Source: the human T2T-CHM13v2.0 reference genome, Homo sapiens
DNA: 64,000 nt
Assembly: GCF_009914755.1 (NCBI RefSeq)
Contig: NC_060941.1
Direction: 5' to 3' (one strand)
Position 1 is the stretch's first letter, and each line of letters opens with the position of its first letter. A program made the position numbers and the translations under genes. The notes below the pieces were generated by a model. It searched no databases. It saw nothing but the letters and a program-made list of their open reading frames with translations, and had not been told where the DNA came from. This document shows, in pieces, positions 24,801 to 38,300 of the stretch.

Positions 24801-27800
24801 ATTCTCAGAAACTGCTTTGTGATGATTGCATTCACCTCACAGAGTTGAACATTCCTATTGATAGAGCAGTTTGGAAACACTCTTCTTGTGGAATGTGCAA
24901 GTGGAGATTCGGAGCGCTTTGAGGCCTATGGTAGTAAAGGGAATAGCTTCATAGAAAAACTAGACAGAAGCATTCTCAGAAAATACTTTGTGATGATTGA
25001 GTTGAACTCACAGAGCTGAACATTCCTTTGGATGGAGCAGGTTTGAGACGCACTTTTTGTAGAATCTACAAGTGGATATTTGGACCTCTCTGAGGATTTC
25101 GTTGGAAACGGGATAACTGCACCTAACTAAACGGAAGCATTCTCAGAAACTTCTTGGTGATGTTTGCATTCAAATCCCAGAGTTGAACCTTCCTTTGAGA
25201 GTTCAGGTTTGAAACACTCTTTTTGTAGGATCTGCAAGTGGATATTTGCACCACTCTGTGGCCTTCGTTCGAAACGGGTACATCTTCGCATAAAATCTAG
25301 ACAGAAGCCTTCTCAGAAACTTCTCTGTGATGATTGCATTCAACTCACAGAGTTGAACCCTCCTATGGATAGAGCAGTGTTGAAACTCTCTTTTTGTGGA
25401 ATCTGCAAGCGGATATGTGGACCTCTCCGAAGATGTCTTTGGAAACGGGAATATCTTCACATAAAAACTAAACAGAAGCATTCTCAGAAACTTCTCTGTG
25501 ATGTTTGTGTTCAACTCCCAGAGTTTCACATTGCTTCTCATAGAGTAGTTCTGAAACATGCTTTTCGTAGTGTCTGCAAGTGGACATTTGGAGCGCTTTC
25601 AGGCCTGTGGTGGAAAACGAATTATGGTCACATAAAAACTGGAGAGAAGCATTGTCAGAAACTTCTTTGTGATGATTGCATTCAAGTCACAGAGTTGAAG
25701 GTTCCTTTTCAAAGAGCAGTTTCCAATCACTCTTTCTGTGGAATCTGCAAGTGGATATTTGGACCTCTTTGAAGATTTCGTTGGAAACGGGAGAATCTTC
25801 ACAGAAAAGCTAAACAGAAGCATTCTCAGAAACTTCTTTGTGATGCTTGCATTCAACTCACAGAGTTGAACTTTCCTTTCGAGAGAGAAGCTTTGAAACA
25901 CTCTTTTTCCACAATCTGCAAGTGGACATTTGGAGGGCTTTGAGGCCTGTGGTGGAAAAGGAATTATCTTCCCGTAAAAGCCTAGATAGAAGCATTCTCA
26001 GAAACTACTTTGTGATGATTGCATTCAAGACACAGAGTTGAACATTCCCTTTGACAGAGCAGTTTGGAAACTCTCTTTGTGTAGAATCTGCAAGTGGAGA
26101 TATGGACCGCTTTGAGGCCTATGGTAGTAAAGGAAATAGCTTCATATAATAGCTAGACAGTAGCATTCACAGAAAACTCTTGGTGACGACTGAGTTTAAC
26201 TCACAGAGCTGAACATTCCTTTGGATGGAGCAGTTTCGAAACACACTATTTGTAGAATGTGCAAGTGGATATGTGGGCCTCTCTGAGGATTTCGTTGGAA
26301 ACGGGATAAACCGCACAGAACTAAAACAGAAGCATTCTCAGAACCCTCTTCGTGATGTTTGCATTCAACTCACGGTGCTGAACCTTTCTTTGATAGTTCA
26401 GCTTTGAAACACTCTTTTTGTAGAAACTGCAAGTGGATATTTGGTCCTCTCTGAGGATTTCGTTGGAAACGGGATAAACCGCACAGAACTAAACAGAAGC
26501 ATTCTCAGAACCTTCTTCGTGATGTCTGCATTCAACTCACAGTGTGGAACCTTTCTTTGATAGTTCAGGTTTGAAACACTCTTTTTGTAGAAACTGCAAG
26601 GGGATCATTGCACTTCTTTGAGGCCTACCGTAGTAAAGGAAATAACTTCCTATAAAAAGAAGACAGAAGCTTTCTCAGAAAATTCTTTCCGATGATTGAG
26701 TTGAGCAAACAGAGCTGAACACTCCTTGCGATGTAGCAGTTTAGAAACACACTTTCTGCAGAATCTGCAAGTGCATATGTGGACCTCTCTGAGGAATTCG
26801 TTGGAAACGGGATAATTTCAGCTGACTAAACAGAAGCAGTCTCAGAATCTTCTTTGTGATGTTTGCATTCAAATCCCAGAGTTGAACTTTCCTTTCCAAG
26901 TTCACGTTTGAAACACTCTTTTTGCAGGATCTACAAGTGGATATTTGGACCACTCTGTGTCCTTCGTTCGAAACGGGTATATCTTCACATGACATCTAGA
27001 CAGAAGCATTCTCAGAAGCTTCTCTGTGATGACTGCATTCAACTCACGGAGTTGAACACTCCTTTTGAGAGCGCAGTTTTGAAACTCTCTTTCTGTGGCA
27101 TCTGCAAGGGGACATGTAGACCTCTTGGAAGATTTCGTTGGAAACGGAATCATCTTCACATAAAAACTATACAGATGCATTCTCAGGAACTTTTTGGTGA
27201 TGTTTGTATTCAACTCCCAGAGTTGAACTTTCCTTTGGAAAGAGCAGCTATGAAACACTCTTTTTCTAGAATCTGCAAGTGGACGTTTGGAGGGCTTTGT
27301 GGTTTGTGGTGGAAAAGGAAATATCTTCACCTAAATACTAGATAGAAGCATTCTCAGAAACTGCTTTGTGATGATTGCATTCACCTCACAGAGTTGAACA
27401 TTCCTATTGATAGAGCAGTTTGGAAACACTCTTGTTGTGAAATGTGCAAGTGGAGATTTGGAGCGCTTTGAGGCCTATGGTAGTAAAGGGAATAGCTTCA
27501 TAGAAAAACTAGACAGAAGCATTCTCAGAAAATACTTTGTGATGATTGAGTTGAACTCACAGAGCTGAACATGCCTTTGGATGGAGCAGGTTTGAGACAC
27601 ACTTTTTGTAGAATCTACAAGTGGATATTTGGACCTCTCTGAGGATTTCGTTGGAAACGGGATAACTGCACCTAACTAAACGGAAGCATTCTCAGAACTT
27701 CTTGGTGATGTTTGCATTCAAATCCCAGAGTTGAACCTTCCTTTGAGAGTTCAGGTTTGAAACACTCTTTTTGTAGGATCTGCAAGTGGATATTTGGACC

Positions 27801-29341
27801 ACTCTGTGGCCTTCGTTCGAAACGGGTACATCTTCGCATAAAATCTAGACAGAAGCCTTCTCAGAAACTTCTCTGTGATGATTGCATTCAACTCACAGAG
27901 TTGAACCCTCCTATGGATAGAGCAGTGTTGAAACTCTCTTTTTGTGGAATCTGCAAGCGGATATGTGGACCTCTCCGAAGATGTCTTTGGAAACGGGAAT
28001 ATCTTCACATAAAAACTAAACAGAAACATTCTCAGAAACTTCTCTGTGATGTTTGTGTTCAACTCCCAGAGTTTCACATTGCTTCTCATAGAGTAGTTCT
28101 GAAACATGCTTTTCGTAGTGTCTACAAGTGGACATTTGGAGCGCTTTCAGGCCTGTGGTGGAAAACGAATTATGGTCACATAAAAACTGGAGAGAAGCAT
28201 TGTCAGAAACTTCTTTGTGATGATTGCATTCAAGTCACAGAGTTGAAGGTTCCTTTTCAAACAGCAGTTTCCAAACACTCTTTCTGTGGAATCTGCAAGT
28301 GGATATTTGGACCTCTTTGAAGATTTCGTTGGAAACGGGAGAATCTTCACAGAAAAGCTAAACAGAAGCATTCTCAGAAACTTCTTTGTGATGCTTGCAT
28401 TCAACTCACAGAGTTGAACTTTCCTTTCGAGAGAGAAGCTTTGAAACACTCTTTTTCCACAATCTGCAAGTGGACATTTGGAGGGCTTTGAGGCCTGTGG
28501 TGGAAAAGGAATTATCTTCCCGTAAAAGCCTAGATAGAAGCATTCTCAGAAACTACTTTGTGATGATTGCATTCAAGACACAGAGTTGAACATTCCCTTT
28601 GACAGAGCAGTTTGGAAACTCTCTTTGTGTAGAATCTGCAAGTGGAGATATGGACCGCTTTGAGGCCTATGGTAGTAAAGGAAATAGCTTCATATAAAAG
28701 CTAGACAGTAGCATTCACAGAAAACTCTTGGTGACGACTGAGTTTAACTCACAGAGCTGAACATTCCTTTGGATGGAGCAGTTTCGAAACACACTATTTG
28801 TAGAATGTGCAAGTGGATATGTGGGCCTCTCTGAGGATTTCGTTGGAAACGGGATAAACCGCACAGAACTAAAACAGAAGCATTCTCAGAACCCTCTTCG
28901 TGATGTTTGCATTCAACTCACGGTGCTGAACCTTTCTTTGATAGTTCAGCTTTGAAACACTCTTTTTGTAGAAACTGCAAGTGGATATTTGGTCCTCTCT
29001 GAGGATTTCGTTGGAAACGGGATAAACCGCACAGAACTAAACAGAAGCATTCTCAGAACCTTCTTCGTGATGTCTGCATTCAACTCACAGTGTGGAACCT
29101 TTCTTTGATAGTTCAGGTTTGAAACACTCTTTTTGTAGAAACTGCAAGGGGATCATTGCACTTCTTTGAGGCCTACCGTAGTAAAGGAAATAACTTCCTA
29201 TAAAAAGAAGACAGAAGCTTTCTCAGAAAATTCTTTCCGATGATTGAGTTGAGCAAACAGAGCTGAACACTCCTTGCGATGTAGCAGTTTAGAAACACAC
29301 TTTCTGCAGAATCTGCAAGTGCATATGTGGACCTCTCTGAG
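3840..29341 (+). repeat. Block of ten consecutive 15-monomer HOR variants (~2,547 bp)
   Basis: EcoRI intervals 2547, 2576 (2547+29), 2545, 2547, 2547, 2547, 2547, 2549, 2549, 2548. Each unit lacks one of the two internal near-identical monomers. Confidence 0.92.
6392..6449 (+). repeat. 29-bp perfect tandem duplication overlapping a CENP-B box
   Basis: CGTTGGAAACGGGATAATTTCAGCTAACT at 6392-6420 and again at 6421-6449. This accounts exactly for the 2,576-bp unit length. Confidence 0.95.
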
Positions 29342-32300
29342 GAATTCGTTGGAAACGGGATAATTTCAGCTGACTAAACAGAAGCAGTCTCAGAATCTTC
29401 TTTGTGATGTTTGCATTCAAATCCCAGAGTTGAACTTTCCTTTCCAAGTTCACGTTTGAAACACTCTTTTTGCAGGATCTACAAGTGGATATTTGGACCA
29501 CTCTGTGTCCTTCGTTCGAAACGGGTATATCTTCACATGACATCTAGACAGAAGCATTCTCAGAAGCTTCTCTGTGATGACTGCATTCAACTCACGGAGT
29601 TGAACACTCCTTTTGAGAGCGCAGTTTTGAAACTCTCTTTCTGTGGCATCTGCAAGGGGACATGTAGACCTCTTGGAAGATTTCGTTGGAAACGGAATCA
29701 TCTTCACATAAAAACTATACAGATGCATTCTCAGGAACTTTTTGGTGATGTTTGTATTCAACTCCCAGAGTTGAACTTTCCTTTGGAAAGAGCAGCTATG
29801 AAACACTCTTTTTCTAGAATCTGCAAGTGGACGTTTGGAGGGCTTTGTGGTTTGTGGTGGAAAAGGAAATATCTTCACCTAAATACTAGATAGAAGCATT
29901 CTCAGAAACTGCTTTGTGATGATTGCATTCACCTCACAGAGTTGAACATTCCTATTGATAGAGCAGTTTGGAAACACTCTTGTTGTGAAATGTGCAAGTG
30001 GAGATTTGGAGCGCTTTGAGGCCTATGGTAGTAAAGGGAATAGCTTCATAGAAAAACTAGACAGAAGCATTCTCAGAAAATACTTTGTGATGATTGAGTT
30101 GAACTCACAGAGCTGAACATGCCTTTGGATGGAGCAGGTTTGAGACACACTTTTTGTAGAATCTACAAGTGGATATTTGGACCTCTCTGAGGATTTCGTT
30201 GGAAACGGGATAACTGCACCTAACTAAACGGAAGCATTCTCAGAACTTCTTGGTGATGTTTGCATTCAAATCCCAGAGTTGAACCTTCCTTTGAGAGTTC
30301 AGGTTTGAAACACTCTTTTTGTAGGATCTGCAAGTGGATATTTGGACCACTCTGTGGCCTTCGTTCGAAACGGGTACATCTTCGCATAAAATCTAGACAG
30401 AAGCCTTCTCAGAAACTTCTCTGTGATGATTGCATTCAACTCACAGAGTTGAACCCTCCTATGGATAGAGCAGTGTTGAAACTCTCTTTTTGTGGAATCT
30501 GCAAGTGGATATGTGGACCTCTCCGAAGATGTCTTTGGAAACGGGAATATCTTCACATAAAAACTAAACAGAAGCATTCTCAGAAACTTCTCTGTGATGT
30601 TTGTGTTCAACTCCCAGAGTTTCACAGTGCTTCTCATAGAGTAGTTCTGAAACATGCTTTTCGTAGTGTCTGCAAGTGGACATTTGGAGCGCTTTCAGGC
30701 CTGTGGTGGAAAACGAATTATGGTCACATAAAAACTGGAGAGAAGCATTGTCAGAATCTTCTTTGTGATGATTGCATTCAAGTCACAGAGTTGAAGGTTC
30801 CTTTTCAAAGAGCAGTTTCCAATCACTCTTTCTGTGGAATCTGCAAGTGGATATTTGGACCTCTTTGAAGATTTCGTTGGAAACGGGAGAATCTTCACAG
30901 AAAAGCTAAACAGAAGCATTCTCAGAAACTTCTTTGTGATGCTTGCATTCAACTCACAGAGTTGAACTTTCCTTTCGAGAGAGAAGCTTTGAAACACTCT
31001 TTTTCCAGAATCTGCAAGTGGACATTTGGAGGGCTTTGAGGCCTGTGGTGGAAAAGGAATTATCTTCCCGTAAAAGCCTAGATAGAAGCATTCTCAGAAA
31101 CTACTTTGTGATGATTGCATTCAAGACACAGAGTTGAACATTCCCTTTGACAGAGCAGTTTGGAAACTCTCTTTGTGTAGAATCTGCAAGTGGAGATATG
31201 GACCGCTTTGAGGCCTATGGTAGTAAAGGAAATAGCTTCATATAAAAGCTAGACAGTAGCATTCACAGAAAACTCTTGGTGACGACTGAGTTTAACTCAC
31301 AGAGCTGAACATTCCTTTGGATGGAGCAGTTTCGAAACACACTATTTGTAGAATGTGCAAGTGGATATGTGGGCCTCTCTGAGGATTTCGTTGGAAACGG
31401 GATAAACCGCACAGAACTAAACAGAGGCATTCTCAGAACCTTCTTCGTGATGTTTGCATTCAACTCACAGTGTTGAACCTTTCTTTGATAGTTCAGGTTT
31501 GAAACGGTCTTTCTGTAGAAACTGCAAGTAGATATTTGGACCTCTCTGAGGATTTCGTTGGAAACGGGATAAACCGCACAGAACTAAAACAGAAGCATTC
31601 TCAGAACCCTCTTCGTGATGTTTGCATTCAACTCACGGTGCTGAATCTTTCTTTGATAGTTCAGCTTTGAAACACTCTTTTTCTAGAAACTGCAAGTGGA
31701 TATTTGGTCCTCTCTGAGGATTTCGTTGGAAACGGGATAAACCGCACAGAACTAAACAGAAGCATTCTCAGAACCTTCTTCGTGATGTCTGCATTCAACT
31801 CACAGTGTGGAACCTTTCTTTGATAGTTCAGGTTTGAAACACTCTTTTTGTAGAAACTGCAAGGGGATCATTGCACTTCTTTGAGGCCTACCGTAGTAAA
31901 GGAGATAACTTCCTATAAAAAGAAGACAGAAGCTTTCTCAGAAAATTCTTTGGGATGATTGAGTTGAGCAAACAGAGCTGAACACTCCTTGCGATGTAGC
32001 AGTTTAGAAACACACGTTCTGCAGAATCTGCAAGTGCATATGTGGACCTCTCTGAGGAATTCGTTGGAAACGGGATAATTTCAGCTGACTAAACAGAAGC
32101 AGTCTCAGAATCTTCTTTGTGATGTTTGCATTCAAATCCCAGAGTTGAACTTTCCTTTCAAAGTTCACGTTTGAAACACTCTTTTTGCAGGACCTAAAAG
32201 TGGATATTTGGACCACTCTGTGTCCTTCGTTCGAAACGGGTATATCTTCACATGACATCTAGACAGAAGCATTCTCAGAAGCTTCTCTGTGATGACTGCA

Positions 32301-35300
32301 TTCAACTCACGGAGTTGAACACTCCTTTTGAGAGCGCAGTTTTGAAACTCTCTTTCTGTGGCATCTGCAAGGGGACATGTAGACCTCTTGGAAGATTTCG
32401 TTGGAAACGGAATCATCTTCACATAAAAACTATACAGATGCATTCTCAGGAACTTTTTGGTGATGTTTGTATTCAACTCCCAGAGTTGAACTTTCCTTTG
32501 GAAAGAGCAGCTATGAAACACTCTTTTTCTAGAATCTGCAAGTGGACGTTTGGAGGGCTTTGTGGTTTGTGGTGGAAAAGGAAATATCTTCACCTAAATA
32601 CTAGATAGAAGCATTCTCAGAAACTGCTTTGTGATGATTGCATTCACCTCACAGAGTTGAACATTCCTATTGATAGAGCAGTTTGGAAACACTCTTGTTG
32701 TGGAATGTGCAAGTGGAGATTCGGAGCGCTTTGAGGCCTATGGTAGTAAAGGGAATAGCTTCATAGAAAAACTAGACAGAAGCATTCTCAGAAAATACTT
32801 TGTGATGATTGAGTTGAACTCACAGAGCTGAACATTCCTTTGGATGGAGCAGGTTTGAGACACACTTTTTGTAGAATCTACATGTGGATATTTGGACCTC
32901 TCTGAGGATTTCGTTGGAAACGGGATAACTGCACCTAACTAAACGGAAGCATTCTCAGAAACTTCTTGGTGATGTTTGCATTCAAATCCCAGAGTTGAAC
33001 CTTCCTTTGAGAGTTCAGGTTTGAAACACTCTTTTTGTAGGATCTGCAAGTGGATATTTGGACCACTCTGTGGCCTTCATTCGAAACGGGTACATCTTCG
33101 CATAAAATCTAGACAGAAGCCTTCTCAGAAACTTCTCTGTGATGATTGCATTCAACTCACAGAGTTGAACCCTCCTATGGATAGAGCAGTGTTGAAACTC
33201 TCTTTTTGTGGAATCTGCAAGCGGATATGTGGACCTCTCCGAAGATGTCTTTGGAAACGGGAATATCTTCACATAAAAACTAAACAGAAGCATTCTCAGA
33301 AACTTCTCTGTGATGTTTGTGTTCAACTCCCAGAGTTTCACATTGCTTCTCATAGAGTAGTTCTGAAACATGCTTTTCGTAGTGTCTGCAAGTGGACATT
33401 TGGAGCGCTTTCAGGCCTGTGGTGGAAAACGAATTATGGTCACATAAAAACTGGAGAGAAGCATTGTCAGAAACTTCTTTGTGATGATTGCATTCAAGTC
33501 ACAGAGTTGAAGGTTCCTTTTCAAAGAGCAGTTTCCAATCACTCTTTCTGTGGAATCTGCAAGTGGATATTTGGTCCTCTTTGAAGATTTCGTTGGAAAC
33601 GGGAGAATCTTCACAGAAAAGCTAAACAGAAGCATTCTCAGAAACTTCTTTGTGATGCTTGCATTCAACTCACAGAGTTGAACTTTCCTTTCGAGAGAGA
33701 AGCTTTGAAACAGTCTTTTTCCAGAATCTGCAAGTGGACATTTGGAGGGCTTTGAGGCCTGTGGTGGAAAAGGAATTAACTTCCCGTAAAAGCCTAGATA
33801 GAAGCATTCTCAGAAACTACTTTGTGATGATTGCATTCAAGTCACAGAGTTGAACATTCCCTTTGACAGAGCAGTTTGGAAACTCTCTTTGTGTAGAATC
33901 TGCAAGTGGAGATATGGACCGCTTTGAGGCCTATGGTAGTAAAGGAAATAGCTTCATATAAAAGCTAGACAGTAGCATTCACAGAAAACTCTTGGTGACG
34001 ACTGAGTTTAACTCACAGAACTGAACATTCCTTTGGATGGAGCAGTTTCGAAACACACTATTTGTAGAATGTGCAAGTGGATATGTGGGCCTCTCTGAGG
34101 ATTTCGATGGAAACAGGATAAACCGCACAGAACTAAACAGAAGCATTCTCAGAACCTTCTTCGTGATGTTTGCATTCAACTCACAGTGTTGAACCTTTCT
34201 TTGATAGTTCAGGTTTGAAACGGTCTTTCTGTAGAAACTGCAAGTAGATATTTGGACCTCTCTGAGGATTTCGTTGGAAACGGGATAAACCGCACAGAAC
34301 TAAAACAGAAGCATTCTCAGAACCCTCTTTGTGATGTTTGCATTCAACTCACGGTGCTGAACCTTTCTTTGATAGTTCAGCTTTGAAACACTCTTTTTGT
34401 AGAAACTGCAAGTGGATATTTGGTCCTCTCTGAGGATTTCGTTGGAAACGGGATAAACTGCACAGAACTAAACAGAAGCATTCTCAGAACCTTCTTCGTG
34501 ATGTCTGCATTCAACTCACAGTGTGGAACCTTTCTTTGATAGTTCAGGTTTGAAACACTCTTTTTGTAGAAACTGCAAGGGGATCACTGCACTTCTTTGA
34601 GGCCTACCGTAGTAAAGGAAATAACTTCCTATAAAAAGAAGACAGAAGCTTTCTCAGAAAATTCTTTGGGATGATTGAGTTGAGCAAACAGAGCTGAACA
34701 CTCCTTGCGATGTAGCAGTTTAGAAACACCCTTTCTGCAGAATCTGCAAGTGCATATGTGGACCTCTCTGAGGAATTCGTTGGAAACGGGATAATTTCAG
34801 CTGACTAAACAGAAGCAGTCTCAGAATCTTCTTTGTGATGTTTGCATTCAAATCCCAGAGTTGAACTTTCCTTTCAAAGTTCACGTTTGAAACACTCTTT
34901 TTGCAGGATCTACAAGTGGATATTTGGACCACTCTGTGTCCTTCGTTCGAAACGGGTATATCTTCACATGACATCTAGACAGAAGCATTCCCAGAAGCTT
35001 CTCTGTGATGACTGCATTCAACTCACGGAGTTGAACACTCCTTTTGAGAGCGCAGTTTTGAAACTCTCTTTCTGTGGCATCTGCAATGGGACATGTAGAC
35101 CTCTTGGAAGATTTCATTGGAAACGGAATCATCTTCATATAAAAACTATACAGATGCATTCTCAGGAACTTTTTGGTGATGTTTGTATTCAACTCCCAGA
35201 GTTGAACTTTCCTTTGGAAAGAGCAGCTATGAAACACTCTTTTTCTAGAATCTGCAAGTGGACGTTTGGAGGGCTTTGTGGTTTGTGGTGGAAAAGGAAA

Positions 35301-38300
35301 TATCTTCACCTAAATACTAGATAGAAGCATTCTCAGAAACTGCTTTGTGATGATTGCATTCACCTCACAGAGTTGAACATTCCTATTGATAGAGCAGTTT
35401 GGAAACACTCTTCTTGTGGAATGTGCAAGTGGAGATTCGGAGCGCTTTGTGGCCTATGGTAGTAAAGGGAATAGCTTCATAGAAAAACTAGACAGAAGCA
35501 TTCTCAGAAAATACTTTGTGATGATTGAGTTGAACTCACAGAGCTGAACATTCCTTTGGATGGAGCAGGTTTGAGACACACTTTTTGAAGAATCTACAAG
35601 TGGATATTTGGACCTCTCTGAGGATTTCGTTGGAAACGGGATAACTGCACCTAACTAAACGGAAGCATTCTCAGAAACTTCTTGGTGATGTTTGCATTCA
35701 AATCCCAGAGTTGAACCTTCCTTTGAGAGTTCAGGTTTGAAACACTCTTTTTGTAGGATCTGCAAGTGGATATTTGGACCACTCTGTGGCCTTCGTTCGA
35801 AACGGGTACATCTTCGCATAAAATCTAGACAGAAGCCTTCTCAGAAACTTCTCTGTGATGATTGCATTCAACTCACCGAGTTGAACCCTCCTATGGATAG
35901 AGCAGTGTTGAAACTCTCTTTTTGTGGAATCTGCAAGCGGATATGTGGACCTCTCCGAAGATGTCTTTGGAAACGGGAATATCTTCACATAAAAACTAAA
36001 CAGAAGCATTCTCAGAAACTTCTCTGTGATGTTTGTGTTCAACTCCCAGAGTTTCACATTGCTTCTCATAGAGTAGTTCTGAAACATGCTTTTCGTAGTG
36101 TCTGCAAGTGGACATTTGGAGCGCTTTCAGGCCTGTGGTGGAAAACGAATTATGGTCACATAAAAACTGGAGAGAAGCATTGTCAGAAACTTCTTTGTGA
36201 TGATTGCATTCAAGTCACAGAGTTGAAGGTTCCTTTTCAAAGAGCAGTTTCCAATCACTCTTTCTGTGGAATCTGCAAGTGGATATTTGGACCTCTTTGA
36301 AGATTTCGTTGGAAACGGGAGAATCTTCACAGAAAAGCTAAACAGAAGCATTCTCAGAAACTTCTTTGTGATGCTTGCATTCAACTCACAGAGTTGAACT
36401 TTCCTTTCGAGAGAGAAGCTTTGAAACACTCTTTTTCCAGAATCTGCAAGTGGACATTTGGAGGGCTTTGAGGCCTGTGGTTGAAAAGGAATTATCTTCC
36501 CGTAAAAGCCTAGATAGAAGCATTCTCAGAAACTACTTTGTGATGATTGCATTCAAGTCACAGAGTTGAACATTCCCTTTGACAGAGCAGTTTGGAAACT
36601 CTCTTTGTGTAGAATCTGCAAGTGGAGATATGGACCGCTTTGAGGCCTATGGTAGTAAAGGAAATAGCTTCATATAAAAGCTAGACAGTAGCATTCACAG
36701 AAAACTCTTGGTGACGACTGAGTTTAACTCACAGAGCTGAACATTCCTTTGGATGGAGCAGTTTCGAAACACACGATTTGTAGAATGTGCAAGTGGATAT
36801 GTGGGCCTCTCTGAGGATTTCGTTGGAAACGGGATAAACCGCACAGAACTAAACAGAAGCATTCTCAGAACCTTCTTCGTGATGTTTGCATTCAACTCAC
36901 AGTGTTGAACCTTTCTTTGATAGTTCAGGTTTGAAACGGTCTTTCTGTAGAAACTGCAAGTAGATATTTGGACCTCTCTGAGGATTTCGTTGGAAACGGG
37001 ATAAACCGCACAGAACTAAAACAGAAGCATTCTCAGAACCCTCTTCGTGATGTTTGCATTCAACTCACGGTGCTGAACCTTTCTTTGATAGTTCAGCTTT
37101 GAAACACTCTTTTTGTAGAAACTGCAAGCGGATATTTGGTCCTCTCTGAGGATTTCGTTGGAAACGGGATAAACCGCACAGAACTAAACAGAAGCATTCT
37201 CAGAACCTTCTTCGTGATGTCTGCATTCAACTCACAGTGTGGAACCTTTCTTTGATAGTTCAGGTTTGAAACACTCTTTTTGTAGAAACTGCAAGGGGAT
37301 CATTGCACTTCTTTGAGGCCTACCGTAGTAAAGGAAATAACTTCCTATAAAAAGAAGACAGAAGCTTTCTCAGAAAATTCTTTGGGATGATTGAGTTGAG
37401 CAAACAGAGATGAACACTCCTTGCGATGTAGCAGTTTAGAAACACACTTTCTGCAGAATCTGCAAGTGCATATGTGGACCTCTCTGAGGAATTCGTTGGA
37501 AACGGGATAATTTCATCTGACTAAACAGAAGCAGTCTCAGAATCTTCTTTGTGATGTTTGCATTCAAATCCCAGAGTTGAACTTTCCTTTCCAAGTTCAC
37601 GTTTGAAACACTCTTTTTGCAGGTTCTACAAGTGGATATTTGGACCACTCTGTGTCCTTCGTTCGAAACGGGTATATCTTCACATGACATCTAGACAGAA
37701 GCATTCTCAGAAGCTTCTCTGTGACGACTGCATTCAACTCACGGAGTTGAACACTCCTTTTGAGAGCGCAGTTTTGAAACTCTCTTTCTGTGGCATCTGC
37801 AAGGGGACATGTAGACCTCTTGGAAGATTTCGTTGGAAACGGAATCATCTTCACATAAAAACTATAGAGATGCATTCTCAGGAACTTTTTGGTGATGTTT
37901 GTATTCAACTCCCAGAGTTGAACTTTCCTTTGGAAAGAGCAGCTATGAAACACCCTTTTTCTAGAATCTGCAAGTGGACGTTTGGAGGGCTTTGTGGTTT
38001 GTGGTGGAAAAGGAAATATCTTCACCTAAATACTAGATAGAAGCATTCTCAGAAACTGCTTTGTGATGATTGCATTCACGTCACAGAGTTGAACATTCCT
38101 ATTGATAGAGCAGTTTGGAAACACTCTTGTTGTGGAATGTGCAAGTGGAGATTTGGAGCGCTTTGAGGCCTATGGTAGTAAAGGGAATAGCTTCATAGAA
38201 AAACTAGACAGAAGCATTCTCAGAAAATACTTTGTGATGATTGAGTTGAACTCACAGAGCTGAACATTCCTTTGGATGGAGCAGGTTTGAGACACACTTT

